A stretch of DNA of 64,000 bases from the NCBI GenBank assembly GCA_902802905.1, contig CADCNT010000002.1, positions 79,879-143,878 of the forward strand, written 5' to 3'. Made by a program: the position numbers and the translations under genes. Numbering within the stretch: the first letter of the stretch is position 1; every line of letters starts with the position of its first letter. Below, piece by piece: positions 39,348-46,689 of this stretch. The notes under the pieces are model-generated. The model saw only the letters and a list, made by a program, of their open reading frames with translations, did no database searches and was not told where the DNA came from. Source of the stretch: an uncultured Erysipelotrichaceae bacterium. Lineage in GTDB: Bacteria; Bacillota_I; Bacilli_A; RFN20; CAG-826.

Positions 39348-40763
39348 ATGAGAGATGATGATTTTTGTCAGTTAAACCTCTTTAATTCGTTTAGAGATTA
39401 TAAGAAGTTTGATTCTAACAAGAAATTATTGGTGGTTGAATTCTTCTCCGGGATTGGTGCTACTGCACAAGGATTAAAGAATCTCGGAATCAAATTCACT
39501 CATCATCGAACATGTGAATGGTGTTCAGTAAGTATCAAAGCATACAACATGATTCACATGAAAGACACTACTGATTACTCCAAAGATTTGACCAAGGATC
39601 AACTAATTGCATACCTTGATGGGAATATCTCAACTGATTGGAACACATTATGCAATGTCAAAAAGCAAAATGAGAAATGGTTGAGAGAGACATATAACAA
39701 TTGCATTGCCACTCATAACATGATGAATATCTCGAATGTTCATGGAGAAGATTTGGGAATTCCTTATTCCGATGATTATGAAACATTTTGTTCTTACTCA
39801 TTTCCATGCCAAGACTTGTCTCTTGCTGGAAAGATGAAAGGAATGGAAGAAGGTTCTGGAACACGAAGTTCACTACTCTTTGAGTTCTTACGAATATTAA
39901 GAGAAATAGATGAACTCTATAAACAAGGTAAAAGTGGAAGAATCACTTATCTCTTGATGGAGAATGTACCAGAAGTCATTGGTTCAAAAAATGTGAAGCA
40001 ATTCGTTAAGTTTGAAGAAGAACTAACGAAACTCGGATATACAAATTTTGGTGGAATCTTGAATGGCAAGAATTACTGCATACCACAAAACCGTAGGAGA
40101 TTCTTCTTATTCTCGATTCTTGGTGATTATTCATATGACTTTCCTAAAAGAAGAGAACTGAAATATCACCTTAAGGACTTTTTAGAAGATGAAGTTGATG
40201 AAAAATACTACTTGTCACAAAGAATGATTAACTTCTTCATGTCCAACACCGAGAAACAAGCCGAGAGCGGCAATGGGATTAAAAGCAAATCCATTGCCGC
40301 TACTGATGAAGGTTCGATTGCTCGAACCATTACCACTAAAGCTGGTAGTCGAATGGATGATAACTTCATTATCTACGAAGATGAAGAAGATGACTCCGAA
40401 GAAGTGACAACTCATCAAGACTTAAAAGAAACTCTTGAGGGGGGGGTTATTGAAGAAGGAGACTTTGTCGACACATACAATCGAACGATTAAGAAAGATG
40501 GATGCAGTGGCACTATCACAACTAGGATCAGTGAATGCAATCATCAATATGTAGTTGTGAAAGGCAAAACTATCAAAATCAAGAATGCCACAAAAAAAGG
40601 GTATATCGAAGCTGAAGTCGGTGATGCAATCGATATCTCTGGAAGAATGCAATATCACCGAGGAACGGTTCAAAAAGGAATCAGCCAAACAATCACTACA
40701 ATGGGCGGAGATAATGTTGCAGTGGTTGTAGAAGATAAAGGAGACAACGATGAAGAAAAATGA
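39348..40763 (+). CDS. DNA (cytosine-5) methyltransferase, large ORF: motifs I-VIII plus three TRD-like units
   Basis: FFSGIGA (I), SFPCQDLS (IV), MENV (VI), QNRRRFF (VIII). Then ARTITTK, SGTITTR and SQTITTMGG units. The start is set at 39348, not 39204. Confidence 0.85.
   Translation: MRDDDFCQLNLFNSFRDYKKFDSNKKLLVVEFFSGIGATAQGLKNLGIKFTHHRTCEWCSVSIKAYNMIHMKDTTDYSKDLTKDQLIAYLDGNISTDWNTLCNVKKQNEKWLRETYNNCIATHNMMNISNVHGEDLGIPYSDDYETFCSYSFPCQDLSLAGKMKGMEEGSGTRSSLLFEFLRILREIDELYKQGKSGRITYLLMENVPEVIGSKNVKQFVKFEEELTKLGYTNFGGILNGKNYCIPQNRRRFFLFSILGDYSYDFPKRRELKYHLKDFLEDEVDEKYYLSQRMINFFMSNTEKQAESGNGIKSKSIAATDEGSIARTITTKAGSRMDDNFIIYEDEEDDSEEVTTHQDLKETLEGGVIEEGDFVDTYNRTIKKDGCSGTITTRISECNHQYVVVKGKTIKIKNATKKGYIEAEVGDAIDISGRMQYHRGTVQKGISQTITTMGGDNVAVVVEDKGDNDEEK
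40439..40446 (+). repeat. G8 homopolymer inside the C5-MTase large ORF (in frame, encodes part of EGGV)
   Basis: gaGGGGGGGGtt, read directly. This is the longest G run seen in the window. Confidence 0.95.
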
Positions 40764-41151
40764 GTATGTTGGAGTGTTCGACATTAAAGAATCCGATACA
40801 TTTCGACCAACACTTGAATCAAGAATCCATTTAGACTCACCAGTCTCCAAGACATTAACTTGTCGAGAGGATAGCTGCGGTGTCATCGAGAGAGAGAGAG
40901 AGAGTAGACTCCGAATCCGAAAACTCACTCCGAGAGAATGTTTCCGCCTTATGGGTTTCGATGATGACTCATTTAATTCTCTTGAAGGTCAATTCTCAAA
41001 CAACAATCTCTATCATCTTGCCGGAGACTCAATCATCAGTGTTGTTATCTCATACATATGTCTAGGTCTTATGGAAGATGAAAAAGAAGCTGAAAGCAAA
41101 ATTCAAAAATATGTCGATACATTAAAGGAGGACAAAGATGGAAACAAATAA
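40750..41151 (+). CDS. DNA (cytosine-5) methyltransferase, small ORF: fourth TRD-like unit plus motifs IX-X
   Basis: SKTLTCRED, RKLTPRECFRLMGFDD (IX), AGDSI (X). It has its own AAAGGAG RBS 7 nt upstream and overlaps the large ORF by 14 nt. Confidence 0.8.
   Translation: MKKNEYVGVFDIKESDTFRPTLESRIHLDSPVSKTLTCREDSCGVIERERESRLRIRKLTPRECFRLMGFDDDSFNSLEGQFSNNNLYHLAGDSIISVVISYICLGLMEDEKEAESKIQKYVDTLKEDKDGNK
40888..40904 (+). repeat. (GA)8 tract inside the C5-MTase small ORF (in frame, encodes ERERE)
   Basis: GAGAGAGAGAGAGAGAG, read directly. It lies about 15 nt upstream of motif IX. Confidence 0.95.
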
Positions 41152-41876
41152 GATTTACTTCGGTGATGCATATGAACTCATTAAGGAAATCCCGGATAAA
41201 TCAATCGACTTAATTTATACTGATCCACCTTATGACTTCCATAGTGGAACTGCAGTATCTGGTGGAATCTTCAAAGATAGAGAATGCAAACCATATCAAG
41301 ATGTGGTTGATGCCAAATTAAATGCTGGAATAGACAACTCAATCTTGGATGAATTTGTAAGAATACTAAAGCATATATATATATATATGGTGCAACAAGT
41401 CTCAAATTCCGTTCTATCTAAATTACTTCTTGTCTTATCCAAATATAAGTTTCGAGATTCTAACATGGCACAAGAAAAATCCATCACCAATTACAAAAAA
41501 CACATTCTTACCAGATACCGAATACTGCCTTATGTTTCGAGAAAAGGGTGTGTGCCTATTAAATGATGGATATGAATTAAAACATAAGTATTACATCTCA
41601 AGTACCAACAAAGATGACAAAGATGATTACTTGCATCCGACAATCAAACCAATTGAATTTGTCGAAAAGCACATTGCTCATTCTACTCAAGTCGGTGATA
41701 TCGTATTTGATCCATTCTTGGGTAGTGGCACTACTGCACTTGCAGCTAAACATCTTGGAAGAAAATATATCGGATTTGAAATCAATGAGACTTATTACAA
41801 AATCGCGGTTGACCGTTTACAAGGAATCAATCAAAAAGGAGAGATGAATCTCTTCGACATAATGGGAGATGAATGA
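41138..41876 (+). pseudogene. Beta-class DPPY (N6-adenine-type) DNA methyltransferase, frame-shifted at an (AT)8 tract (phase-OFF allele)
   Basis: Frame 1 carries IYTDPPYDF up to the tract. From the tract on, the +1 frame reads IYIWCNKSQ...ILTWHKKNP...HPTIKP...FDPFLGSGTTALAA. (AT)9 would give one 246-aa ORF. Confidence 0.85.
41373..41388 (+). repeat. (AT)8 tract at the frameshift point of the DPPY methyltransferase
   Basis: gcATATATATATATATATgg, read directly. Confidence 0.95.
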
Positions 41877-42040
41877 TGGCAAAGAAATATCTAGAGTTCA
41901 CTGATATAGAACTCATCCAAGAAATTCATAGAATTGAACATTTACTTACAACTAATAAGAAACCACTAACACATAGGCAAAATAAAATCTACTTACAAAA
42001 GCTGCATAACGAATGGGGAAGGAGAAAAAATGGCAAATAG
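41876..42040 (+). CDS. Small hypothetical ORF (54 aa), below the ORF-track cutoff
   Basis: My translation: MAKKYLEFTDIELIQEIHRIEHLL...WGRRKNGK. ATGA-type overlap with the MTase stop. Confidence 0.3.
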   Translation: MAKKYLEFTDIELIQEIHRIEHLLTTNKKPLTHRQNKIYLQKLHNEWGRRKNGK

Positions 42041-42260
42041 ACAACAATTACTCGGAAGAGTCATCGATGGATATTGGGAAATCGTTAAAGCAATTAAGAC
42101 TGGAAATTCCCGAAACTACAATTACATTCTCCGAAACCAATATAACGGAACTGAAGTTCAAGTTGGTGGTACAACGGTTAGATCAATCATTAAAGGAGAA
42201 ACTAGTGTCTCCAAAATCGTATCAAGAAGAATCAAAAAAGGAGAAAGAAGAAATGGATAA
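42030..42260 (+). CDS. Hypothetical small phage protein
   Basis: 76 aa with a GGAGAAAAAA RBS before the ATG. Confidence 0.45.
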   Translation: MANRQQLLGRVIDGYWEIVKAIKTGNSRNYNYILRNQYNGTEVQVGGTTVRSIIKGETSVSKIVSRRIKKGERRNG

Positions 42261-43156
42261 TGAATTACTACTCTTCGATAGATTAGAAATCATTAAAACC
42301 ACTATCAATAAATATGGAATAGATAATTTCTACTTATCGTTCTCTGGTGGTAAAGATTCCACTATTCTCCATCACTTGATAGATATGGCACTTCCGGGAA
42401 ATAGAATTCCAAGAGTGTTTGTAAACACTGGAATCGAATACAACATGATTGTTCAGTTTGTTAAGGATATGGCAGCTAAAGATGACCGATTCGTAATCAT
42501 TGCACCAAGTAAACCAATTAAAAAGGTGTTAGAAGAATTCGGTTATCCGTTCAAATCCAAAGAACACTCACTACGAGTTTACCAATTCAACAAAGGTCAA
42601 AACTCGAATTACATCAAGAAATACATATCTGGTTATGACCATAATGGCAAAGAATCGACATTTGTATGTCCAAAGATTCTCAAGTATCAGTTTGAGGAAA
42701 GAGGTAAATACAACTACTCAAATCTATGTTGCCAAAAACTGAAGAAAGAACCAGTTCATAAATGGGAGAAGGAAAACCATAAGTCCATTGCGATGACTGG
42801 TATGAGAGCGGAGGAAGGTGGCAATCGAGCAAGACTCGGATGCATCATCACCGACTCTAAAGGAAGATTGAAGAGATTCCATCCACTCATCAAAGTCGAT
42901 GAACAATGGGAAGATTGGTTATTAGAGAGAGAGAGAGAGAATAGCACTCGCACCACTCTATTGCCAACCATTCAACTTCAAAAGGACCGGATGTAAAGGA
43001 TGCCCGTTCAGTCTTGAACTCCAAGAACAACTTGACATCATGCAAATCTATCTCCCGGCTGAACGAAAACAATGTGAATTCATTTGGGAGTATGTCTACA
43101 AGGAATATCGAAGAATCGGATATCGATTGAAAGACAAAATCACTATTTGGGATTAA
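42253..43156 (+). pseudogene. PAPS/APS-reductase-like PP-loop protein (DndC-like fold), frame-shifted at a (GA)8 tract (phase-OFF allele)
   Basis: SFSGGKDS PP-loop and LCCQKLKKEPV in frame 0. After the tract the +1 frame reads IALAPLYCQPFNFKRTGCKGCPF... through to a stop at 43154-43156. The start is set at ATG 42253 (AAAGGAGAAAG RBS). Confidence 0.8.
42924..42940 (+). repeat. (AG)8A / (GA)8 tract at the frameshift point of the PAPS-reductase-like gene
   Basis: ttAGAGAGAGAGAGAGAGAat, read directly. Confidence 0.95.
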
Positions 43157-43170
43157 GGAGACTCAAAAAA

Positions 43171-43578
43171 ATGAAATATCTAAAGGTTCTCACACCGTTA
43201 GAATCAGTCAAAATCTTAAATCATAAAATGGATCAAATCGATTTCTTCTATGAATTGACTGATAAAGATGAAATCTATTTGTTGGTCAGTAACGATGAAA
43301 GATTCGTTCTAGACTATGACTACGATGGAAGTTGGTTTGTCTGGGATAAAAAGGCACACCACTATCCATTCAAAGATATTGAAATGAACAATGGCAAAAT
43401 CGTTGCACACTGCAAAGCTGCCAAAGTTGAAAAGAAAATAATCGGTTCAATCAATTATTACCGAACAAAAATAAAAGACTTAATTGTCTATGACTCTCCA
43501 AAAGATGATGTTGGAGAAATCTTCAAGAAAGATGTTGCACCACAATTCGTGGAAGAAGGAGAAAACGATGGAAGATAG
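43171..43578 (+). CDS. Hypothetical phage protein
   Basis: ATG 43171 preceded by AAGGAG. 135 aa. Confidence 0.5.
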   Translation: MKYLKVLTPLESVKILNHKMDQIDFFYELTDKDEIYLLVSNDERFVLDYDYDGSWFVWDKKAHHYPFKDIEMNNGKIVAHCKAAKVEKKIIGSINYYRTKIKDLIVYDSPKDDVGEIFKKDVAPQFVEEGENDGR

Positions 43579-43891
43579 AATCGAATCAGTTATCAAGAAA
43601 GTCTTATCAATCGAAGATAAGGTTTCCATCAGTGAAGTTGCCACTATGATTCTAGGATCAATTGAGTTATTAAACGATAATTCAGTTTCATTCAAAGAAG
43701 TTAAAGCGGCAATGCCAAGTCAATATAACGGTATTATCAACTCTCTATGTAATACATTCATAGTCAACTGCTTATCACTAGCTGGTGCAAGTAAGGAAGA
43801 GTTGATTCAAGCTGCAAAAGACTTGAAATCAGTAAGAATCGGTATTTCCGAACTCCATATCCGAAAGAAAACCGATAAATATGATGCATAG
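43568..43891 (+). CDS. Hypothetical phage protein
   Basis: ATG 43568 preceded by GAAGGAG. 107 aa. Confidence 0.5.
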   Translation: MEDRIESVIKKVLSIEDKVSISEVATMILGSIELLNDNSVSFKEVKAAMPSQYNGIINSLCNTFIVNCLSLAGASKEELIQAAKDLKSVRIGISELHIRKKTDKYDA

Positions 43892-43908
43892 GAAAGGAGG
43901 AATTGCCG

Positions 43909-44172
43909 ATGAGAATAAAACTGCATCCAGAGATTGTTCTATCAATCGATGATATTCCAATCATCACCAAGTCTATTAGAGATAGGAAAATCCTCTTAAA
44001 GACTTTAGCTGAAGAACTCGGATGGTCAAAGTCAAAACTCTATTATGTGATTCGTGGCAAAGGAAATGCCAAAAAACTCTTGGATCACTTAAAAGAGAAA
44101 TATCAAATCATAGTGCCACTTACATATGAAGGTGACATATCAGTGGTCGATTCAAACATTCTCACCTATTAA
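43909..44172 (+). CDS. Hypothetical small protein, possible HTH
   Basis: AGGAGG sits 8 nt before ATG 43909. LKTLAEELGWSKSKLYYVIRGKG looks like a helix-turn-helix. Confidence 0.45.
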   Translation: MRIKLHPEIVLSIDDIPIITKSIRDRKILLKTLAEELGWSKSKLYYVIRGKGNAKKLLDHLKEKYQIIVPLTYEGDISVVDSNILTY

Positions 44173-44183
44173 GGAGACAAAAA

Positions 44184-44930
44184 ATGGAAAACGAAGAAAG
44201 AGCATTATCAATATTGAACCTTTGTGGGAACATCAAAGCTGATATGCACGAATCAACTAATAAATATGAAATATTACAACTTAATGTTAACAACGAATAT
44301 TTCTATTACTGCACTTTATTCAAATTAAGTGACAAGCAATCATTACTTACAATTTTTGGGGAAGAAAAAGCACATGGACTATTTTGCAAAGGTGAAAGAG
44401 TCTTTGGAGGAGAGATGTTCCAGTCAATTAAAGATTGTTTGGATCAGTCTTATCACTTCTTAACCAAAATGCATTTCGAACAAGAAGTCGATGCCGAACA
44501 AACTCGACTCAAAATCGCACAAGAGAGTGATGTCTATTATGAAGATGCACTATATCCGACATCTAAAACTAGAGAAGCATTCTTACTTGAAATATCTGAA
44601 TGGGATAGTGATTTAGAAAATTTAGAACCAATTATGGATTTTAGTGTTCAAGCATACATTTGTTATCATGCATTAGCTAGATTGTTTGGAAAAGAAAAGA
44701 CACCAAAACTAATCAATCGAAAAGGGATGGAAGTTGAGTATGTCGAATGGGTATGTTTACCAAAAGAAAAATATTTCGATGGTATTCATGCAGTGGTATA
44801 CGATGAATCCGAAATATACCATCTTCAAGATTGCTATGGTGAAGTCTTATATGTCTTTAGATGTGATTCCGGTGCAAAGGCACTTGAAATTGCCAAAGGA
44901 TGGTTAGAAGAACATGGAAAGACTAATTAA
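44184..44930 (+). CDS. Hypothetical phage protein
   Basis: 248-aa ORF with an AAGGAGA RBS. Confidence 0.5.
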   Translation: MENEERALSILNLCGNIKADMHESTNKYEILQLNVNNEYFYYCTLFKLSDKQSLLTIFGEEKAHGLFCKGERVFGGEMFQSIKDCLDQSYHFLTKMHFEQEVDAEQTRLKIAQESDVYYEDALYPTSKTREAFLLEISEWDSDLENLEPIMDFSVQAYICYHALARLFGKEKTPKLINRKGMEVEYVEWVCLPKEKYFDGIHAVVYDESEIYHLQDCYGEVLYVFRCDSGAKALEIAKGWLEEHGKTN

Positions 44931-45267
44931 AGATGGAGATATCATTCTCGATGGTACACTACCACGATATCAAAAAGAGAAAAATGCATTTCTTAAATTA
45001 TCATCATTTGAAGATTTCGAACAAGAATTCGGAATCAGTCTAGTAAAACTTCTTGCAGCCAAAAAAGTCTACTACATGGATTGGAATCATGATTGTTCTG
45101 GATTCGTTATAAAAGAGACTCACGAATTATTTATAAATCTTACTAATAGAACCATTGAATATTATGAGAACGAATATAGTGAATTCACATTTGATTTAGA
45201 AATCCAAAACTATGGTAAGAAAGATATATTTGGTGGATGGGCATTTACAAAGGAGGAATTAGAATGA
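44914..45267 (+). CDS. Hypothetical phage protein
   Basis: 117-aa ORF overlapping its neighbours. Confidence 0.45.
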   Translation: MERLIKDGDIILDGTLPRYQKEKNAFLKLSSFEDFEQEFGISLVKLLAAKKVYYMDWNHDCSGFVIKETHELFINLTNRTIEYYENEYSEFTFDLEIQNYGKKDIFGGWAFTKEELE

Positions 45268-45797
45268 CACAAAAAGAAAAAGAATTCCTTGAAGGATATC
45301 AAGACGCAATGATTCAGTTCGGACAAAGAATCGCACATTGTGATAGAAAAGGCATTGGACCAAATTGGTATTACGAAGTAGCTCAAGACATGGTATATGA
45401 TGATGAACCATCAAAACAATTCTTTTGCCACGATAAACATGGGAATACTGCTTATCGAGTGATTGTGACTGAACGAGATAAAGGTTGGCACAAAGCAGTT
45501 GATGAATTATATGACCGATTCGTTCTTCGTATAGGTCGCAAGACACATTATAGAGACAAAAACAATAAAACAATTTGTGTTGGTGATGTTGTACTTGTTG
45601 AAAATGAAAAATTCTCATTTCTAGGATGCATTGTAATGAATGAAAAGGATAAAATCGAAATTCATTATGATGAAACATTTGATCCATCGAAACACGAAGA
45701 ATTTGAATTATCGGTTTTTAGAAGAAGTGAAAGAGAAATTGTTTCTCCTTGGAACGATTCGAAAGAGCATAGAAAGAAGGTGTATGAAACATTATGA
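45264..45797 (+). CDS. Hypothetical phage protein
   Basis: AGGAGG sits 7 nt before ATG 45264. 177 aa. Confidence 0.5.
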   Translation: MTQKEKEFLEGYQDAMIQFGQRIAHCDRKGIGPNWYYEVAQDMVYDDEPSKQFFCHDKHGNTAYRVIVTERDKGWHKAVDELYDRFVLRIGRKTHYRDKNNKTICVGDVVLVENEKFSFLGCIVMNEKDKIEIHYDETFDPSKHEEFELSVFRRSEREIVSPWNDSKEHRKKVYETL

Positions 45798-45955
45798 AAG
45801 TTAGAAAAGCATATAAAATCACTGGTGTTAGTCAAGGTAATGTCTACACCACTGAATGTATTTATGCAACTAGTCAAAAGGAAGCTATTGAAGAATTTCA
45901 AATTAGATTCCCGGAACTAGCAGTTTGCCGAATCAAACATGTTAGGAAGGTGTAA
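45794..45955 (+). CDS. Small hypothetical ORF (53 aa), below the ORF-track cutoff
   Basis: My translation: MKVRKAYKITGVSQGNVYTTECIYATSQKEAIEEFQIRFPELAVCRIKHVRKV. ATGA overlap with the upstream stop. Confidence 0.3.
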   Translation: MKVRKAYKITGVSQGNVYTTECIYATSQKEAIEEFQIRFPELAVCRIKHVRKV

Positions 45956-45957
45956 TT

Positions 45958-46689
45958 ATGTCTAGTCTTACAAAGAAAGTAAAAACTGAAAGATACACCA
46001 CTAAAGTCAATGGAAGAGTCATGAAGAATGACCGACCAAAGAACACTCACATTCCTACTTATCCAATCAAGGATGAAAAGGATATCAAAAAAATCTATCG
46101 ATACCTTGAACTCCAAATTGCCTATTCCAAATCGACATTTGAAGAATTCATTGCTTATCGAAACTACATGCTCTTTATGTTAGGGATCAACACTGCGTTA
46201 AGAGCGGAAGATTTACTCCAACTCAAAGTTAAAGGTGTTATCAAAGGTCGAATTGATACAACTGAAAACAAAACCAAGAAAGACCAACACTTTATGCTTA
46301 ATAAGAAGTTGTTCGAGGAAATCAAAAAATACATCGATAAATTTGACTTGAGATTAGATGATTATCTATTTGCAAGTCGAAAGTCTGGTGATGATGGATT
46401 CACAAAACCAATTACTAGACAAGCATCTCACAAGATAATGAAAACCATTGCCGAAGTTGTTGGGATCAACTACTCATTCGGTCTCCACTCCTTGAGAAAG
46501 ACATTTGGTTACCATTACATAAAAAGGAATCTCAATTCAGCGGATGCTTGGTTGACTTTATCAAAGATGTATAACCACTCATCTCCGGCAACTACAATGA
46601 TGTACATTTGTTGGGATGATAAAGATTACAAGGCAAGAGAAGAATTCTTCCTTGATAATGAATCCGCTATTAAAAGGAGAAAAAAATGA
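45958..46689 (+). CDS. Tyrosine recombinase (phage-integrase/Xer family), internal to the prophage
   Basis: 243 aa. ALRAEDLLQLK (box I Arg), HSLRKTFGYHY (HxxR), NHSSPATTMMYI (His...catalytic Tyr). Confidence 0.8.
   Translation: MSSLTKKVKTERYTTKVNGRVMKNDRPKNTHIPTYPIKDEKDIKKIYRYLELQIAYSKSTFEEFIAYRNYMLFMLGINTALRAEDLLQLKVKGVIKGRIDTTENKTKKDQHFMLNKKLFEEIKKYIDKFDLRLDDYLFASRKSGDDGFTKPITRQASHKIMKTIAEVVGINYSFGLHSLRKTFGYHYIKRNLNSADAWLTLSKMYNHSSPATTMMYICWDDKDYKAREEFFLDNESAIKRRKK

Noticed and set aside
40422-40928. 168-aa minus-strand ORF across the C5-methyltransferase junction, and 38679..39086 (minus strand, 135 aa)
   Set aside because: Both lie opposite plus-strand genes with clear catalytic motifs, and neither has an RBS. 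The ORF over the MTase junction includes the reverse reading of the GA tract (SLSLS).
40888-42940. The idea that the two ERERE-encoding GA tracts reflect a shared protein motif or domain duplication
   Set aside because: The flanking protein sequences are unrelated (MTase motif IX region versus PAPS-reductase C-terminus). The identity is confined to the perfect dinucleotide repeat itself.
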